From positions 2,976 to 66,975 of the forward strand of contig NZ_JAUYRV010000022.1 in the NCBI RefSeq assembly GCF_030696665.1: 64,000 nt of DNA, read 5' to 3'. How positions within the stretch are numbered: position 1 is the first letter of the stretch; every line of letters begins with the position of its first letter. The notes beneath the pieces are model-generated. The model was not told the DNA's origin and ran no database searches. It saw only the letters and a program-made list of their open reading frames with translations. Source of the stretch: Novosphingobium sp. Its GTDB lineage: Bacteria > Pseudomonadota > Alphaproteobacteria > Sphingomonadales > Sphingomonadaceae. Both the position numbers and the translations under genes were made by a program. This document shows, piece after piece, positions 1 through 8,530 of this stretch.

Positions 1-896
1 GCCCCACCGGGATCGAAGTTCAGGTCCACCCCTGCTATCCCGGGCTGGGGCATCAGCAGCCGCGTTCCCAGGCCATCACGCGCGGGCGGGATGACCCGCG
101 GCCCGTCCTTTTCGGCCCAGAGCAGATAAAGCGTCGACCCGTCCGGCCCGATAAACCACGATAGGTCCACGCGCCCTCGCTCGGTCGAAAGCGCACCATG
201 CTTGACCGCATTGGTGCACAGTTCATGCAACCCCATGATCAGCGGAATGCAGCTTTCTGTCGGCAGAAGACACTGCTCTCCGGCCATCTTGATCCGCCCG
301 TCTCGGTCAAACGGTGCCAAGGTCTGCTGCGCCAGTTGCGGCAATCGCCCTTCTGCCTCGGCGCCGATCTGCAACAGGTCACTTGCAGCGGCCAGTCCCT
401 CGATCCGCTGGCTGAACTCCTTGAAGAAATCCACCGGTGACGCCGCCTTCGGCCCGCGCGACGCGATGGCCTGAATCAGTGTCAGCATGTTGCGCACCCT
501 ATGGCGCAGTTCGCGGTTGTAGACCTCCTGCTGCGCGTTCAGCGCAGCCAGCGCCCGCACCGACCGACGCAGCAGGGCGCCTGTGGTTATGATCAGCGCT
601 GCCGACATTGCAAACAGACCGAAAAACACGATCCGCACTGTGCTTATATCCCTGAACCACGCGCCGCCGCCAAACAGCCGCTGCGAAACCATCGCCGCGA
701 TCAGCGCGAATATCGCCGCATAGCGCGCGCGCAGCGCCAGCGAGGCGATCACCAGGCTCGGCCAGAAGGTGAGGAACGGCAGCCCCAACGCGCCACCATC
801 GACGCTCGACCGCAGCGCAATCGGCACGACCAGCAGGCCTGCGCACCACAGCAGCGATTCCGCAAACGAGCGATCCCGTTCAACCAGCGCGCGCAT
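1..896 (-). CDS. HWE-family sensor histidine kinase with N-terminal membrane domain (3' end runs off window)
   Basis: Not in ORF track; translated by hand from ATG 896: hydrophobic N-terminus, then H-box ELRHRVRN, HELCTNAVKHGAL and WAEKDGP motifs; no stop before position 1. Confidence 0.9.
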   Translation of the reverse strand, partial: MRALVERDRSFAESLLWCAGLLVVPIALRSSVDGGALGLPFLTFWPSLVIASLALRARYAAIFALIAAMVSQRLFGGGAWFRDISTVRIVFFGLFAMSAALIITTGALLRRSVRALAALNAQQEVYNRELRHRVRNMLTLIQAIASRGPKAASPVDFFKEFSQRIEGLAAASDLLQIGAEAEGRLPQLAQQTLAPFDRDGRIKMAGEQCLLPTESCIPLIMGLHELCTNAVKHGALSTERGRVDLSWFIGPDGSTLYLLWAEKDGPRVIPPARDGLGTRLLMPQPGIAGVDLNFDPGG

Positions 897-1240
897 AAGT
901 GCGCCGCTCGACAGTTGCTTACCTTGCAAAAACCGTCTCCAGGGCGCGCGATATCGACCCGACATCGTCATTTGTCCGTTTCGGACCTTGTAAGCCGCCC
1001 TTCGACCCGAATTCAAGAATTATTACTGAAATTCTTCGCCATTTCCGTGGCTTCGCTCACGCGGCCCGCGCCACGATTGCGGTTATTTTGGCTGGCCGAG
1101 ACAGTGCAATGCAGCATCTTTCGGTAAAGAAGACCTGCAACAGGTGGCATCATCATCAGGCCACGGTTGGCCGGGCGGGGGGTGCAATTCCGCCCGGCCT
1201 TCCGGGGAACCGGTAAACTGTGCTGATCGCTGGCTAAAAG

Positions 1241-1750
1241 TCAGGCCTCGCCTACGCCCTTGCGTGATGCGGATGTGCTTTCAGCGACATTGACGATCGA
1301 ACGGCCAAGCATCTCCAGCGTCTGGTCCATCGCTGCCAGCCCGCGAAAGGTCAGGCACACGAACGTGCGCCGACCGTCACGGCCGTCATCCTCGCGTTCC
1401 ACCAGGCCGCGCGCCTCCAGAATGCGCAGCCAGCGCAGTGCTGTGGTTGGCGGAACATGCGCGCCGATACAGGCGCTTGTGGTGGGAACCCGCCGATCTT
1501 CACGCGCGGCGATGTAGAGATCGAGCAGGATGTCCCACGTCGGCTCGCCAAACAGGTCGGCTGGCAGCGCCTTGTGGCGGCGGCGACGCACGGCATAGAT
1601 CTCGCGTGCAATCGCGGTGTGCCGCGCTTGCGCTTCGGCATCGACCAGATCGGGCGACGCAACGGTTTCGACAAGACGGGCATGCCCGCGACGGCCGCTG
1701 GTCGAGAGGTCAGCGCTGCCAATCGTGGCGCGCATGGAACGGACGGTCAT
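1241..1750 (-). CDS. MarR-like winged helix-turn-helix DNA-binding protein
   Basis: LFGEPTWDILLDLY...PTTALRWLRILEARGLVERE..DGRRTFVCLT wHTH pattern; start uncertain. Confidence 0.8.
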   Translation of the reverse strand: MTVRSMRATIGSADLSTSGRRGHARLVETVASPDLVDAEAQARHTAIAREIYAVRRRRHKALPADLFGEPTWDILLDLYIAAREDRRVPTTSACIGAHVPPTTALRWLRILEARGLVEREDDGRDGRRTFVCLTFRGLAAMDQTLEMLGRSIVNVAESTSASRKGVGEA

Positions 1751-1922
1751 TGAAGTGCTCCCCAGTTGATTAAGGCCGGATTGTTGAAATCAGTTGGCTA
1801 CAGGTCTTCCGATCACGAAGGGGCACGCCCCGCCGATCCGGCAGTCCAGTATGTTGAGGGTGATTGCATTGACCTTCCCCAAGGTCATTGATGCAATCAG
1901 GCGAAATGTAAGGCGGATTCGC

Positions 1923-2369
1923 TCATGTCAGGCGCCAGGCGTGGTATTGGCCAATTCGCCCGATCCGCCGCAGGTGCGCCATCGTGCCTGCGAAGAGCGT
2001 GAGGCCTTGTATGCCGACCGGAAGCTGGGTCATCGCAAAATAGCCATATCGGACGAGCGACAGATCAATGATTTTCGCTGCATGCGATACCATCACGATG
2101 ATCTGGGCGGCACAGGCGATCATCGGCCATCCACGGTTTGCCCGCAAGGCAACCCACATCAGCGCAATCATCACCCAAGCGTCGATGACCAGATGTCCGG
2201 GATTTATCGAGAAAAACCCCGGATCGCCGAACAGGGCGTGATTGACTATGTCCAGCCCTGTTGCAGCAATCATGATCGTCGCCACCAACCGTTCCGGTTC
2301 TTCGCCCTTTAGAAGAGCGAAGAAGAGAATGCCGGCAACCACCAACTTGTAAGACCAAATCACTTCCAT
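1923..2369 (-). CDS. Hypothetical integral membrane protein (about 4-5 TM)
   Basis: 148 aa, several hydrophobic segments; 40 nt downstream of the preceding gene on the same strand. Confidence 0.75.
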   Translation of the reverse strand: MEVIWSYKLVVAGILFFALLKGEEPERLVATIMIAATGLDIVNHALFGDPGFFSINPGHLVIDAWVMIALMWVALRANRGWPMIACAAQIIVMVSHAAKIIDLSLVRYGYFAMTQLPVGIQGLTLFAGTMAHLRRIGRIGQYHAWRLT

Positions 2370-2409
2370 CGGCGGAACCTATCGCAAGACATGTGCCAAT
2401 CCGAACCGG

Positions 2410-2826
2410 TCACGCAGCGCGCACGAGTCCGATGGTATGTCCGGCGTCGCCAGCAGAGCCTGCGGGCGGGCAATCGTCGGCAAGGCCAGATCCCATTTCG
2501 CGGCCCACATCGAGCAGCTTGCCGTGAACACGTGCCATTTCGCCGCTGGCGTCGAGAATAGCCTTCTGGCTTGCTGCAAGCCGAAGCAGCGCCTCCTGTC
2601 CGGTAAACGGCCCTACGGCGGTTTCGCGGCGGGCGCGCACCATCGTGGCAAGCAGGTTGGCCTGACGGATCAGGGCTTCATCCAGCGCGGCTTCCGCTTC
2701 ATGCAGATCGCGGGTGATGCGCAAGCCGTGAATGGCAACGGCGTTGGACGCCCGAGTGCTCGGCGATGTACCGGTGGATGTGGTGTTGGCGGCGATTGCA
2801 GTGACAGTTTTCATGGTGGCTCCCAC
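2410..2826 (-). CDS. Hypothetical alpha-helical protein with C-terminal CPP motif
   Basis: Helical core (LHEAEAALDEALIRQANLLATMVRAR), ends DDCPP...LVRAA; alternative start 2814. Confidence 0.75.
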   Translation of the reverse strand: MGATMKTVTAIAANTTSTGTSPSTRASNAVAIHGLRITRDLHEAEAALDEALIRQANLLATMVRARRETAVGPFTGQEALLRLAASQKAILDASGEMARVHGKLLDVGREMGSGLADDCPPAGSAGDAGHTIGLVRAA

Positions 2827-3010
2827 CTGCCGATCTTGCGATGCGTCAGGTCCCTAACAAAAAAGGATGGCAGCGCCCCCGCGCCGGTCATCCGGTTCCA
2901 GAAGGGAAATGTCGTGCAGGGCTGCTATCCAATCGGCCTGCGGATATTCCTGCCCGGTCATCGGGCGGTCTATCCTATCGGCGCGAAACTGCCCGATCCA
3001 CTTCGATCAG

Positions 3011-3589
3011 TCAGCGATCCAGCAGGGTTGAAAGCTGCGCGTACATGCTCAGCCCTCCCAGCAAAATCAGGATCATGAACACCGTCAGGCCGCCGATAAA
3101 TCCCAGCCGCATGAGGGTGCCGTGTGGCCCTTCAAACATTTCCGGGAGAACGCGGTGATAGACAATGTCGTTGTCCCCAACCGTCGCTGAAAGCGCTGGT
3201 ATAAGGCCGACATTGTTTCCGAACTCGGTCTCGGGTGTTGTTGGCACCTGAACCGGAAACTCCGCCGGAAACTCGTCGTCAGTCGCGTTCTCCTGAACCG
3301 GTATTGCACCGGGAAGCGGCGGAAAGCCTACATGGGAATGTTCATATACGGGTTGTTCGTATACCTCGACGAGCCGCCGATAGGCCTGCGCCACTTCGCC
3401 ACGGGTGGCCACACCCAGCTTTGAACGCGCAAACATGATGCGCTGATCCACCGTATGCGGCGATATGCCGAGGATGCGCGAGATTTCCTTCGAAGTCTTG
3501 TGCTGGATCAGGAGGTCAAGCACCTCCCGCTGTTTGGAAGTCAACTCGACCAGAGGATTCTCGAACAGCTCACCACCCACTGTCATCAT
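3011..3589 (-). CDS. LuxR-type HTH transcriptional regulator with C-terminal transmembrane helix
   Basis: LTSKQREVLDLL..HKTSKEISRILGISPHTVDQRI HTH at N-terminus; C-terminal LGFIGGLTVFMILILLGGLSMY; start moved to ATG 3589. Confidence 0.85.
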   Translation of the reverse strand: MMTVGGELFENPLVELTSKQREVLDLLIQHKTSKEISRILGISPHTVDQRIMFARSKLGVATRGEVAQAYRRLVEVYEQPVYEHSHVGFPPLPGAIPVQENATDDEFPAEFPVQVPTTPETEFGNNVGLIPALSATVGDNDIVYHRVLPEMFEGPHGTLMRLGFIGGLTVFMILILLGGLSMYAQLSTLLDR

Positions 3590-3906
3590 TATATCGCACC
3601 CTTGGAGGCCTTCACCCTTACAAGGGTAAATGAACAACCATTCTATAATGCCCGAGTAACCCTGATATTCCAATGCTTCTTTCGTTAACTGAACCCTTCT
3701 GGATGAGTCACCACGGGTTTCTGCGGCACTCAGGCCGATGTCGGCCAACCGGAATATGTTCAGCGCTGTCTACAAGGCGTGAGGCGGCTCGAAATGACGT
3801 GGCCCCACGGGTGCTGGGCCGCGAATCGCCTACCGCTTCCCACCTTGCATAAGATAGGGAATCGGATAGCGCCTCGAAGGGGGCATTCGGCGCAGCATGA
3901 GCTCCG

Positions 3907-3943
3907 GGAACCGTCAGGGCCAGGAACTATCAGGGCCAGGAAC
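3907..3943 (+). repeat. 16-bp-period tandem repeat upstream of the sensor kinase
   Basis: TCAGGGCCAGGAAC at 3914-3927 and 3930-3943; GGAAC at 3907, 3923 and 3939. Confidence 0.8.
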
Positions 3944-3958
3944 CATTAGGGGAAGCGC

Positions 3959-5623
3959 TTGCAGTTCGGGAAATCGCAACGTCGCAGTTCTGGACGGGTG
4001 GTGGCCACTGGTCGGGCCGTGCTGGCGCTCGCGTTTCTTCTGGCGTCGGGGCTGGAGCCGCAACCGATACTGCGCGAATCAAGTGCCAGTCTGCTGTTGT
4101 TGAGCGTCTATCTCTGCTGGGCAGCGGGCCTCATGGTCGTCGCCTGGCGTAGTTGGTGGTTCGATTATGTGCTGGCACCGGGCGCGCAAGGCATCGATAT
4201 CGCCATGTTCGTCGGCGCTGTTTTTCTTGCCGAAAGCCGGAACAGCGAATTCCAGAGTCCCTTTCTTGCTTTCGCGGCCTTTCTCCTGATCGCGGCGATG
4301 GTCCGCTGGAACTGGAGGGCGACGGCCCTTACCGCAGCCACGTTGCTGCTGACCAACATACTGTTCGGTCTGGTCATGTATCAAACCGGGTTCGACATCG
4401 ATCTGCTCCGGCTCTCCCGGCGCACCCTCTACATCGTGCTGCTGTCGACCATGCTGATCTGGCTCAGCATGTCGCGTGGGGGAGGGCGGATGGCCGCCAT
4501 GCCAGAGCCGCAGGGTATTCCAGGAGAGCGGCGCGATGTCGTGGTTGATGGCGCGCTTGCGTTTATCGCTTCATTGCTTGGCGCACGCAGGGCTGCCTTT
4601 GCCTTTGCCAGCAGCGAAGAGCCGTGGATCGAACTGCGCGAATTTGGCCCGCAAGGCGTTGCGTCGCGTCGGCTAGAACCCGAGCAGTTCGCCGACGAAC
4701 TGCTTGCGCCGCAGCGCACCGCACTTTTCGATATGGTCAGGCAACGCGAACTCGTCGAAGCCGATGACAGCGGTCTGCTGGTGGCGAAGTCCGGGACGAA
4801 TGCCGGTACGGCAAGTCCACGACTGGCGCTTCAACTTGGCATCGATGAAGGATTGATCGTGCCGGTCCAGTGCGCCACCGGCTCGGGGCAGATCCTTGTG
4901 TGGGATGCCGAAAGCCTGAGCTTTGACGATATTCGGTTGCTCGCGGCATTTGGCGATGAACTCGCACGCGCGCTTGATCGGGAAGAGATGGCGCGGCTGG
5001 CGCGGGTCGGGGTTGAAACCGGGGTCCGGCAGGCGGTGGCGCGCGATCTGCATGACAGTGTCGCCCAGTTTCTGGCGGGTACGCTTTTCCGGCTCGAAGC
5101 GTTGCGCCGCTGGATTCACGAAGGCAACGATCCCGATGGAGAGATCAACTCGATCAAGAACGCGCTGCGCCGCGAACAGGCCCAGCTGCGCGTCCTGATA
5201 GAGCGGTTGCGGCGCGGCCAGGAAGGCGATCGTCGCACCGAGATTGCCGATGAACTTCAAGCCCTGCTGACAGAGGCCGGGGCACATTGGTCAATCGCGA
5301 CCGAACTGCTCGCGCCGCCACAACCTCTGCTCGTCCCGGTGGAACTCTCCTACGAAATCCGTCAGATCGTGCGCGAGGCCATTGCCAATGCCGCCCGTCA
5401 CGGCAATTGCGGCAAGGTGAGCGTCGCGATAACACATACCAAAGGGCAATTGCGGCTCAGCATCATTGATGATGGGTCGGGTTTTGGCGATTCTTCTGTT
5501 GCGCCTCAGCGCCCACGGTCCATCAGTGAGCGGGTTGAAGCGCTCGGCGGACATTTTGAACTCCACACGGGCGCGGGCGGTGCTCGTCTCGAAATCGCTC
5601 TGAATACCGGAGAACTCGCATGA
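3959..5623 (+). CDS. Membrane sensor histidine kinase, HisKA_3 (NarX/UhpB-like)
   Basis: Multi-TM N-terminus; H-box ARDLHDSVAQ; EAIANAARH and DDGSGF ATPase motifs; ATGA overlap with response regulator. Confidence 0.92.
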   Translation: MQFGKSQRRSSGRVVATGRAVLALAFLLASGLEPQPILRESSASLLLLSVYLCWAAGLMVVAWRSWWFDYVLAPGAQGIDIAMFVGAVFLAESRNSEFQSPFLAFAAFLLIAAMVRWNWRATALTAATLLLTNILFGLVMYQTGFDIDLLRLSRRTLYIVLLSTMLIWLSMSRGGGRMAAMPEPQGIPGERRDVVVDGALAFIASLLGARRAAFAFASSEEPWIELREFGPQGVASRRLEPEQFADELLAPQRTALFDMVRQRELVEADDSGLLVAKSGTNAGTASPRLALQLGIDEGLIVPVQCATGSGQILVWDAESLSFDDIRLLAAFGDELARALDREEMARLARVGVETGVRQAVARDLHDSVAQFLAGTLFRLEALRRWIHEGNDPDGEINSIKNALRREQAQLRVLIERLRRGQEGDRRTEIADELQALLTEAGAHWSIATELLAPPQPLLVPVELSYEIRQIVREAIANAARHGNCGKVSVAITHTKGQLRLSIIDDGSGFGDSSVAPQRPRSISERVEALGGHFELHTGAGGARLEIALNTGELA

Positions 5624-6246
5624 TACCTGTCCTCGTGGCCGACGATCACGGCTTTATCCGCGCCGGTGTCGAGGCCGTCCTGCGGGGCACTCGCTTCTCG
5701 ATCGTCGCGGCCACTGCCAGCGGCGAGGAGACGCTCGATGCGATCAAGACGCACGACCCGGCAATTGTCCTGCTCGATATCAATATGCCGGGCATGAACG
5801 GCGTTCAGGCACTCGAAGCCCTGCGTGAGCGTGGTGACAAGCGGCCAGTGGTCCTGCTCACTGCCGGGATCAATGACCGGCAGCTTATTTCCGTCATGCG
5901 TGCAGGTGTCGAAGGCATCGTCTCGAAAGACGGTGGCGAAGATGGCTTGATTGACGTGCTGGAAAAAGTTCATTCCGGTCAGAAGGCGATCCAGTCCGAT
6001 TTTCTGCAGCGTGCGCTCGATCTCTCGCTCAAGCCCAGCATCCAGGGCCCGCTGTCCAAACTGAACCCGCGCGAACGCAAGATCACCGCGCTCGTCGCTC
6101 GCGGAATGCGCAACCGCGATATCGGTGCCGAACTCGGCATCGGGGAGGGGACGGTGAAGGTCTACCTCCACACCATCTACCAGAAGCTCGGCATCGAAAA
6201 TCGCACCGAACTCGCGCTGATGGCGGTGAATGAACAGGACGGGTGA
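5620..6246 (+). CDS. NarL/FixJ-family response regulator (REC + LuxR HTH)
   Basis: VADDH, LLDINMPG, LNPRERKI...TVKVYLHTIYQKLG. Confidence 0.95.
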   Translation: MIPVLVADDHGFIRAGVEAVLRGTRFSIVAATASGEETLDAIKTHDPAIVLLDINMPGMNGVQALEALRERGDKRPVVLLTAGINDRQLISVMRAGVEGIVSKDGGEDGLIDVLEKVHSGQKAIQSDFLQRALDLSLKPSIQGPLSKLNPRERKITALVARGMRNRDIGAELGIGEGTVKVYLHTIYQKLGIENRTELALMAVNEQDG

Positions 6247-6285
6247 GGGGGGATCAATTCTCCCCGTTCAGGCGTTAGCCCCGGC

Positions 6286-6660
6286 ATGATCGCCCGCACT
6301 CTTCCGTTCGCGCTGCTCCTGCTCGCCGCCACGCCTGCCCACGCTGAATGGATGAGCGGCGAACAGCTCCACGAAACCTGCGCCGCACCCACGCCGGTAG
6401 ACCGCGCCATGTGCGTCACTTACGTGATGGGCGTGCTCGATGGTTTCCGCGATCTCGACCGCCCGCCTGTGACCCCGCCCGAAGCCAGCGCGGGCGAGGT
6501 GCGCAGCATCGTTGCCCGCTACCTCGCCGATCACCCCGAAAAGCGCGCGCTGCAGGGCCGCGAAGTCATCCGCGCCGCCATCGTGGCGGAGTGGCCAAAG
6601 CTCCAGCCCGCCAAACCGAAACCCAAGCCTAAACCCAAACCCCGCAAAAAGCGCCGCTAG
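6286..6660 (+). CDS. Rap1a/Tai4-like exported immunity protein with Lys/Pro tail
   Basis: Signal peptide (AHA-E), SGEQLHETC...CVTYVMGVLD, YLADHPE pattern recalled for the Rap1a family. Confidence 0.7.
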   Translation: MIARTLPFALLLLAATPAHAEWMSGEQLHETCAAPTPVDRAMCVTYVMGVLDGFRDLDRPPVTPPEASAGEVRSIVARYLADHPEKRALQGREVIRAAIVAEWPKLQPAKPKPKPKPKPRKKRR

Positions 6661-7499
6661 GCCGGTTCCAGCAGCACACTCGCCGCTGCCGTATTGCTGA
6701 TCGGGATGTGGTAGTTCCGGCTCACCTCGGTCATCGCCGCATCGCCCATCGCTCCGCGCGCGGCAATCCAGTTGAGGATTTCCACCCCCTGCGTCCCTGC
6801 CAGCTCGGCCACCTGCTCGGCCGAATGCCCGGTCAGCGCATCGGGATTGGCGGCAAGGTTGTCCAGGCAGAACAGGTCATAGTCCGGGTTCATGAACCCC
6901 GCGCGTGCCCCGTCCAACTGGTGCGAAAGCCCCCCAGTCCCGCAGATCAGCACGCGTTCATCGCCCGCCCACGATTGCAGCGCCCGATGCACCGCCCGCC
7001 CCAGCGCCAGACACCGCTTCGGGCTGGGCAGCGGGTACTGCACCGTGTTTATCGAGATCGGCACCAGCTTGATCGGCCAGCTTTCCACCCCCGGATAGAC
7101 CAGCTCGAACGGGATCGACACCGCATGGTCCACCAGCATCTTCTGGCATGTCGTGATGTCGAACTCGTCACGCACCAGCGCATCGATCACATGCCACGAT
7201 AGCGCCGGATGCCCTTCAAAGCTCTTGTAGACCGGCAGCCCCCAACCTTCGTCGGCATTGTCATACTGCGGCGCGGCACCCACCGCAAAGGTCGGCATCG
7301 TGTCGAGAAAGAAGTTCAGCCCGTGGTCGTTGGAAAACACCACCGCCACGTCAGGCTTCGCCTCAGCCAGCCATTCGCGGATCGGCGGAAAGCCTGCGAA
7401 GAACGGCTTCCAATAGGGCGTCTCCTGATCCCCCCGCACAATCGCGCCGCCAATGCCCGGCACGTGGCTGGTGAAATACCCCCCGATGATCTTCGCCAT
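6657..7499 (-). CDS. ligB: Class III extradiol dioxygenase beta subunit (protocatechuate 4,5-dioxygenase/LigB family)
   Basis: TSHVP, NDH, GGLSHQL and GVEILNW motifs carrying the Fe ligands and catalytic His; start overlaps ligA stop. Confidence 0.88.
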   Translation of the reverse strand: MAKIIGGYFTSHVPGIGGAIVRGDQETPYWKPFFAGFPPIREWLAEAKPDVAVVFSNDHGLNFFLDTMPTFAVGAAPQYDNADEGWGLPVYKSFEGHPALSWHVIDALVRDEFDITTCQKMLVDHAVSIPFELVYPGVESWPIKLVPISINTVQYPLPSPKRCLALGRAVHRALQSWAGDERVLICGTGGLSHQLDGARAGFMNPDYDLFCLDNLAANPDALTGHSAEQVAELAGTQGVEILNWIAARGAMGDAAMTEVSRNYHIPISNTAAASVLLEPA

Positions 7500-7897
7500 C
7501 ACACGTTCTCCTTCACATGCGCGCCCACCGGAACCTTGTCCGCCCAGCGCACCAGCATCGCCTTGAATTCGTCAACCGACATGCCGGTCTGCACCGCGCC
7601 CAGATCCTGCACGCCAAGGCCAAAGATCCCCGCCAGCTTGGCGAGGTAATAGACGTTCCCGCCCGCCTCCAGCATCGCCAGCACATCGCGCCGCGCCACC
7701 GCATCGCGCTGCTCGGGCGTCAGGCCGAACTTCGCGCAATAGGCCTCCTCGTCGGCCACAAAAGCCTCACGGTTCGCCTTGTCATTGAACGAAAAGCACA
7801 TCGCGTTCAGCGCAAAGCCGCGCGTCGCCAACCCGCCATCGAACAGCGGAATTGCGCGCCGCCGCTCGTTATCTTCGCTCACAGGATCGAAAGTCAT
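7499..7897 (-). CDS. ligA: Extradiol dioxygenase alpha subunit (LigA family)
   Basis: LNAMCFSF..ANREAF.ADEEAYCAKFGLTPEQ..GGNVYYLAKLAG; GGAGG RBS before ATG 7897. Confidence 0.88.
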   Translation of the reverse strand: MTFDPVSEDNERRRAIPLFDGGLATRGFALNAMCFSFNDKANREAFVADEEAYCAKFGLTPEQRDAVARRDVLAMLEAGGNVYYLAKLAGIFGLGVQDLGAVQTGMSVDEFKAMLVRWADKVPVGAHVKENV

Positions 7898-8004
7898 CGA
7901 ATCGCCCTCCCAAGGCTGGCCGAAAATGCCTGATGGGGACAATTCATATGCAACACATACAATCCCGCCTTGACCCAGATCAAAGCAGACCACTGACCGT
8001 TGCG

Positions 8005-8061
8005 CCCCTCCCGCAGGCGGGAGGGGCGCTCAACACACTCCCCTCCCGCAGGCGGGAGGGG
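8005..8061. repeat. Two identical REP-like palindromes
   Basis: CCCCTCCCGCAGGCGGGAGGGG at 8005-8026 and 8040-8061, each a 10-bp stem. Confidence 0.85.
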
Positions 8062-8158
8062 TTGGGGGAGGGCATGTCGCGCACGCCACATTCCTTAACC
8101 ACCCCATAGGTAACGTAACGGAATTTCCCCACCCCCAGCAATGACGTAACCCAACGTC

Positions 8159-8530
8159 ATGCCGCTCACCAACGCCGACCGCCAGCGCCGCTATCGCCAG
8201 CGCTTGAAAGCGAAGGCCTCCGGCGCGAACGTGGTGGAGCAAGTCCGCATAGCGGTAGAGCGGGCCATCCAGGCACTGTGGGCCTATCATGAACGGCCCG
8301 GTCCCGGCGGCGTCTCATGGGCCGCGATTGATGGCTGCCAGACGCTCGGCCAGTACCGTTCAGAGCTTGAACGCTCGCCCGCCAACCTCATCCAGGCCTG
8401 CCGCGCCTTCCTCCCCGGCTTCGAAGGCCTCACGCCTGACGAGGCCCGCACCGTGGCCGACGTCATTGAAATCGCCGACGCCCTGCGCCTCGCCACGCCC
8501 ACGCCCATCCACATCCCGGAAGTCGCCTGA
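8159..8530 (+). CDS. Hypothetical protein with basic N-terminal helix (putative DNA-binding)
   Basis: MPLTNADRQRRYRQRLK start resembles plasmid/phage basic-helix proteins; GC-rich third codon positions. Confidence 0.7.
   Translation: MPLTNADRQRRYRQRLKAKASGANVVEQVRIAVERAIQALWAYHERPGPGGVSWAAIDGCQTLGQYRSELERSPANLIQACRAFLPGFEGLTPDEARTVADVIEIADALRLATPTPIHIPEVA

Noticed and set aside
3590-3748. N-terminal extension of the LuxR-TM ORF, and similar track extensions on rpsL, rpsG, icd, cpdR and ampG
   Set aside because: Upstream in-frame starts lack family similarity; downstream starts fit known N-termini
8005-8061. Possible CRISPR mini-array
   Set aside because: Only two copies with a 13-nt gap and no cas genes; REP-like instead
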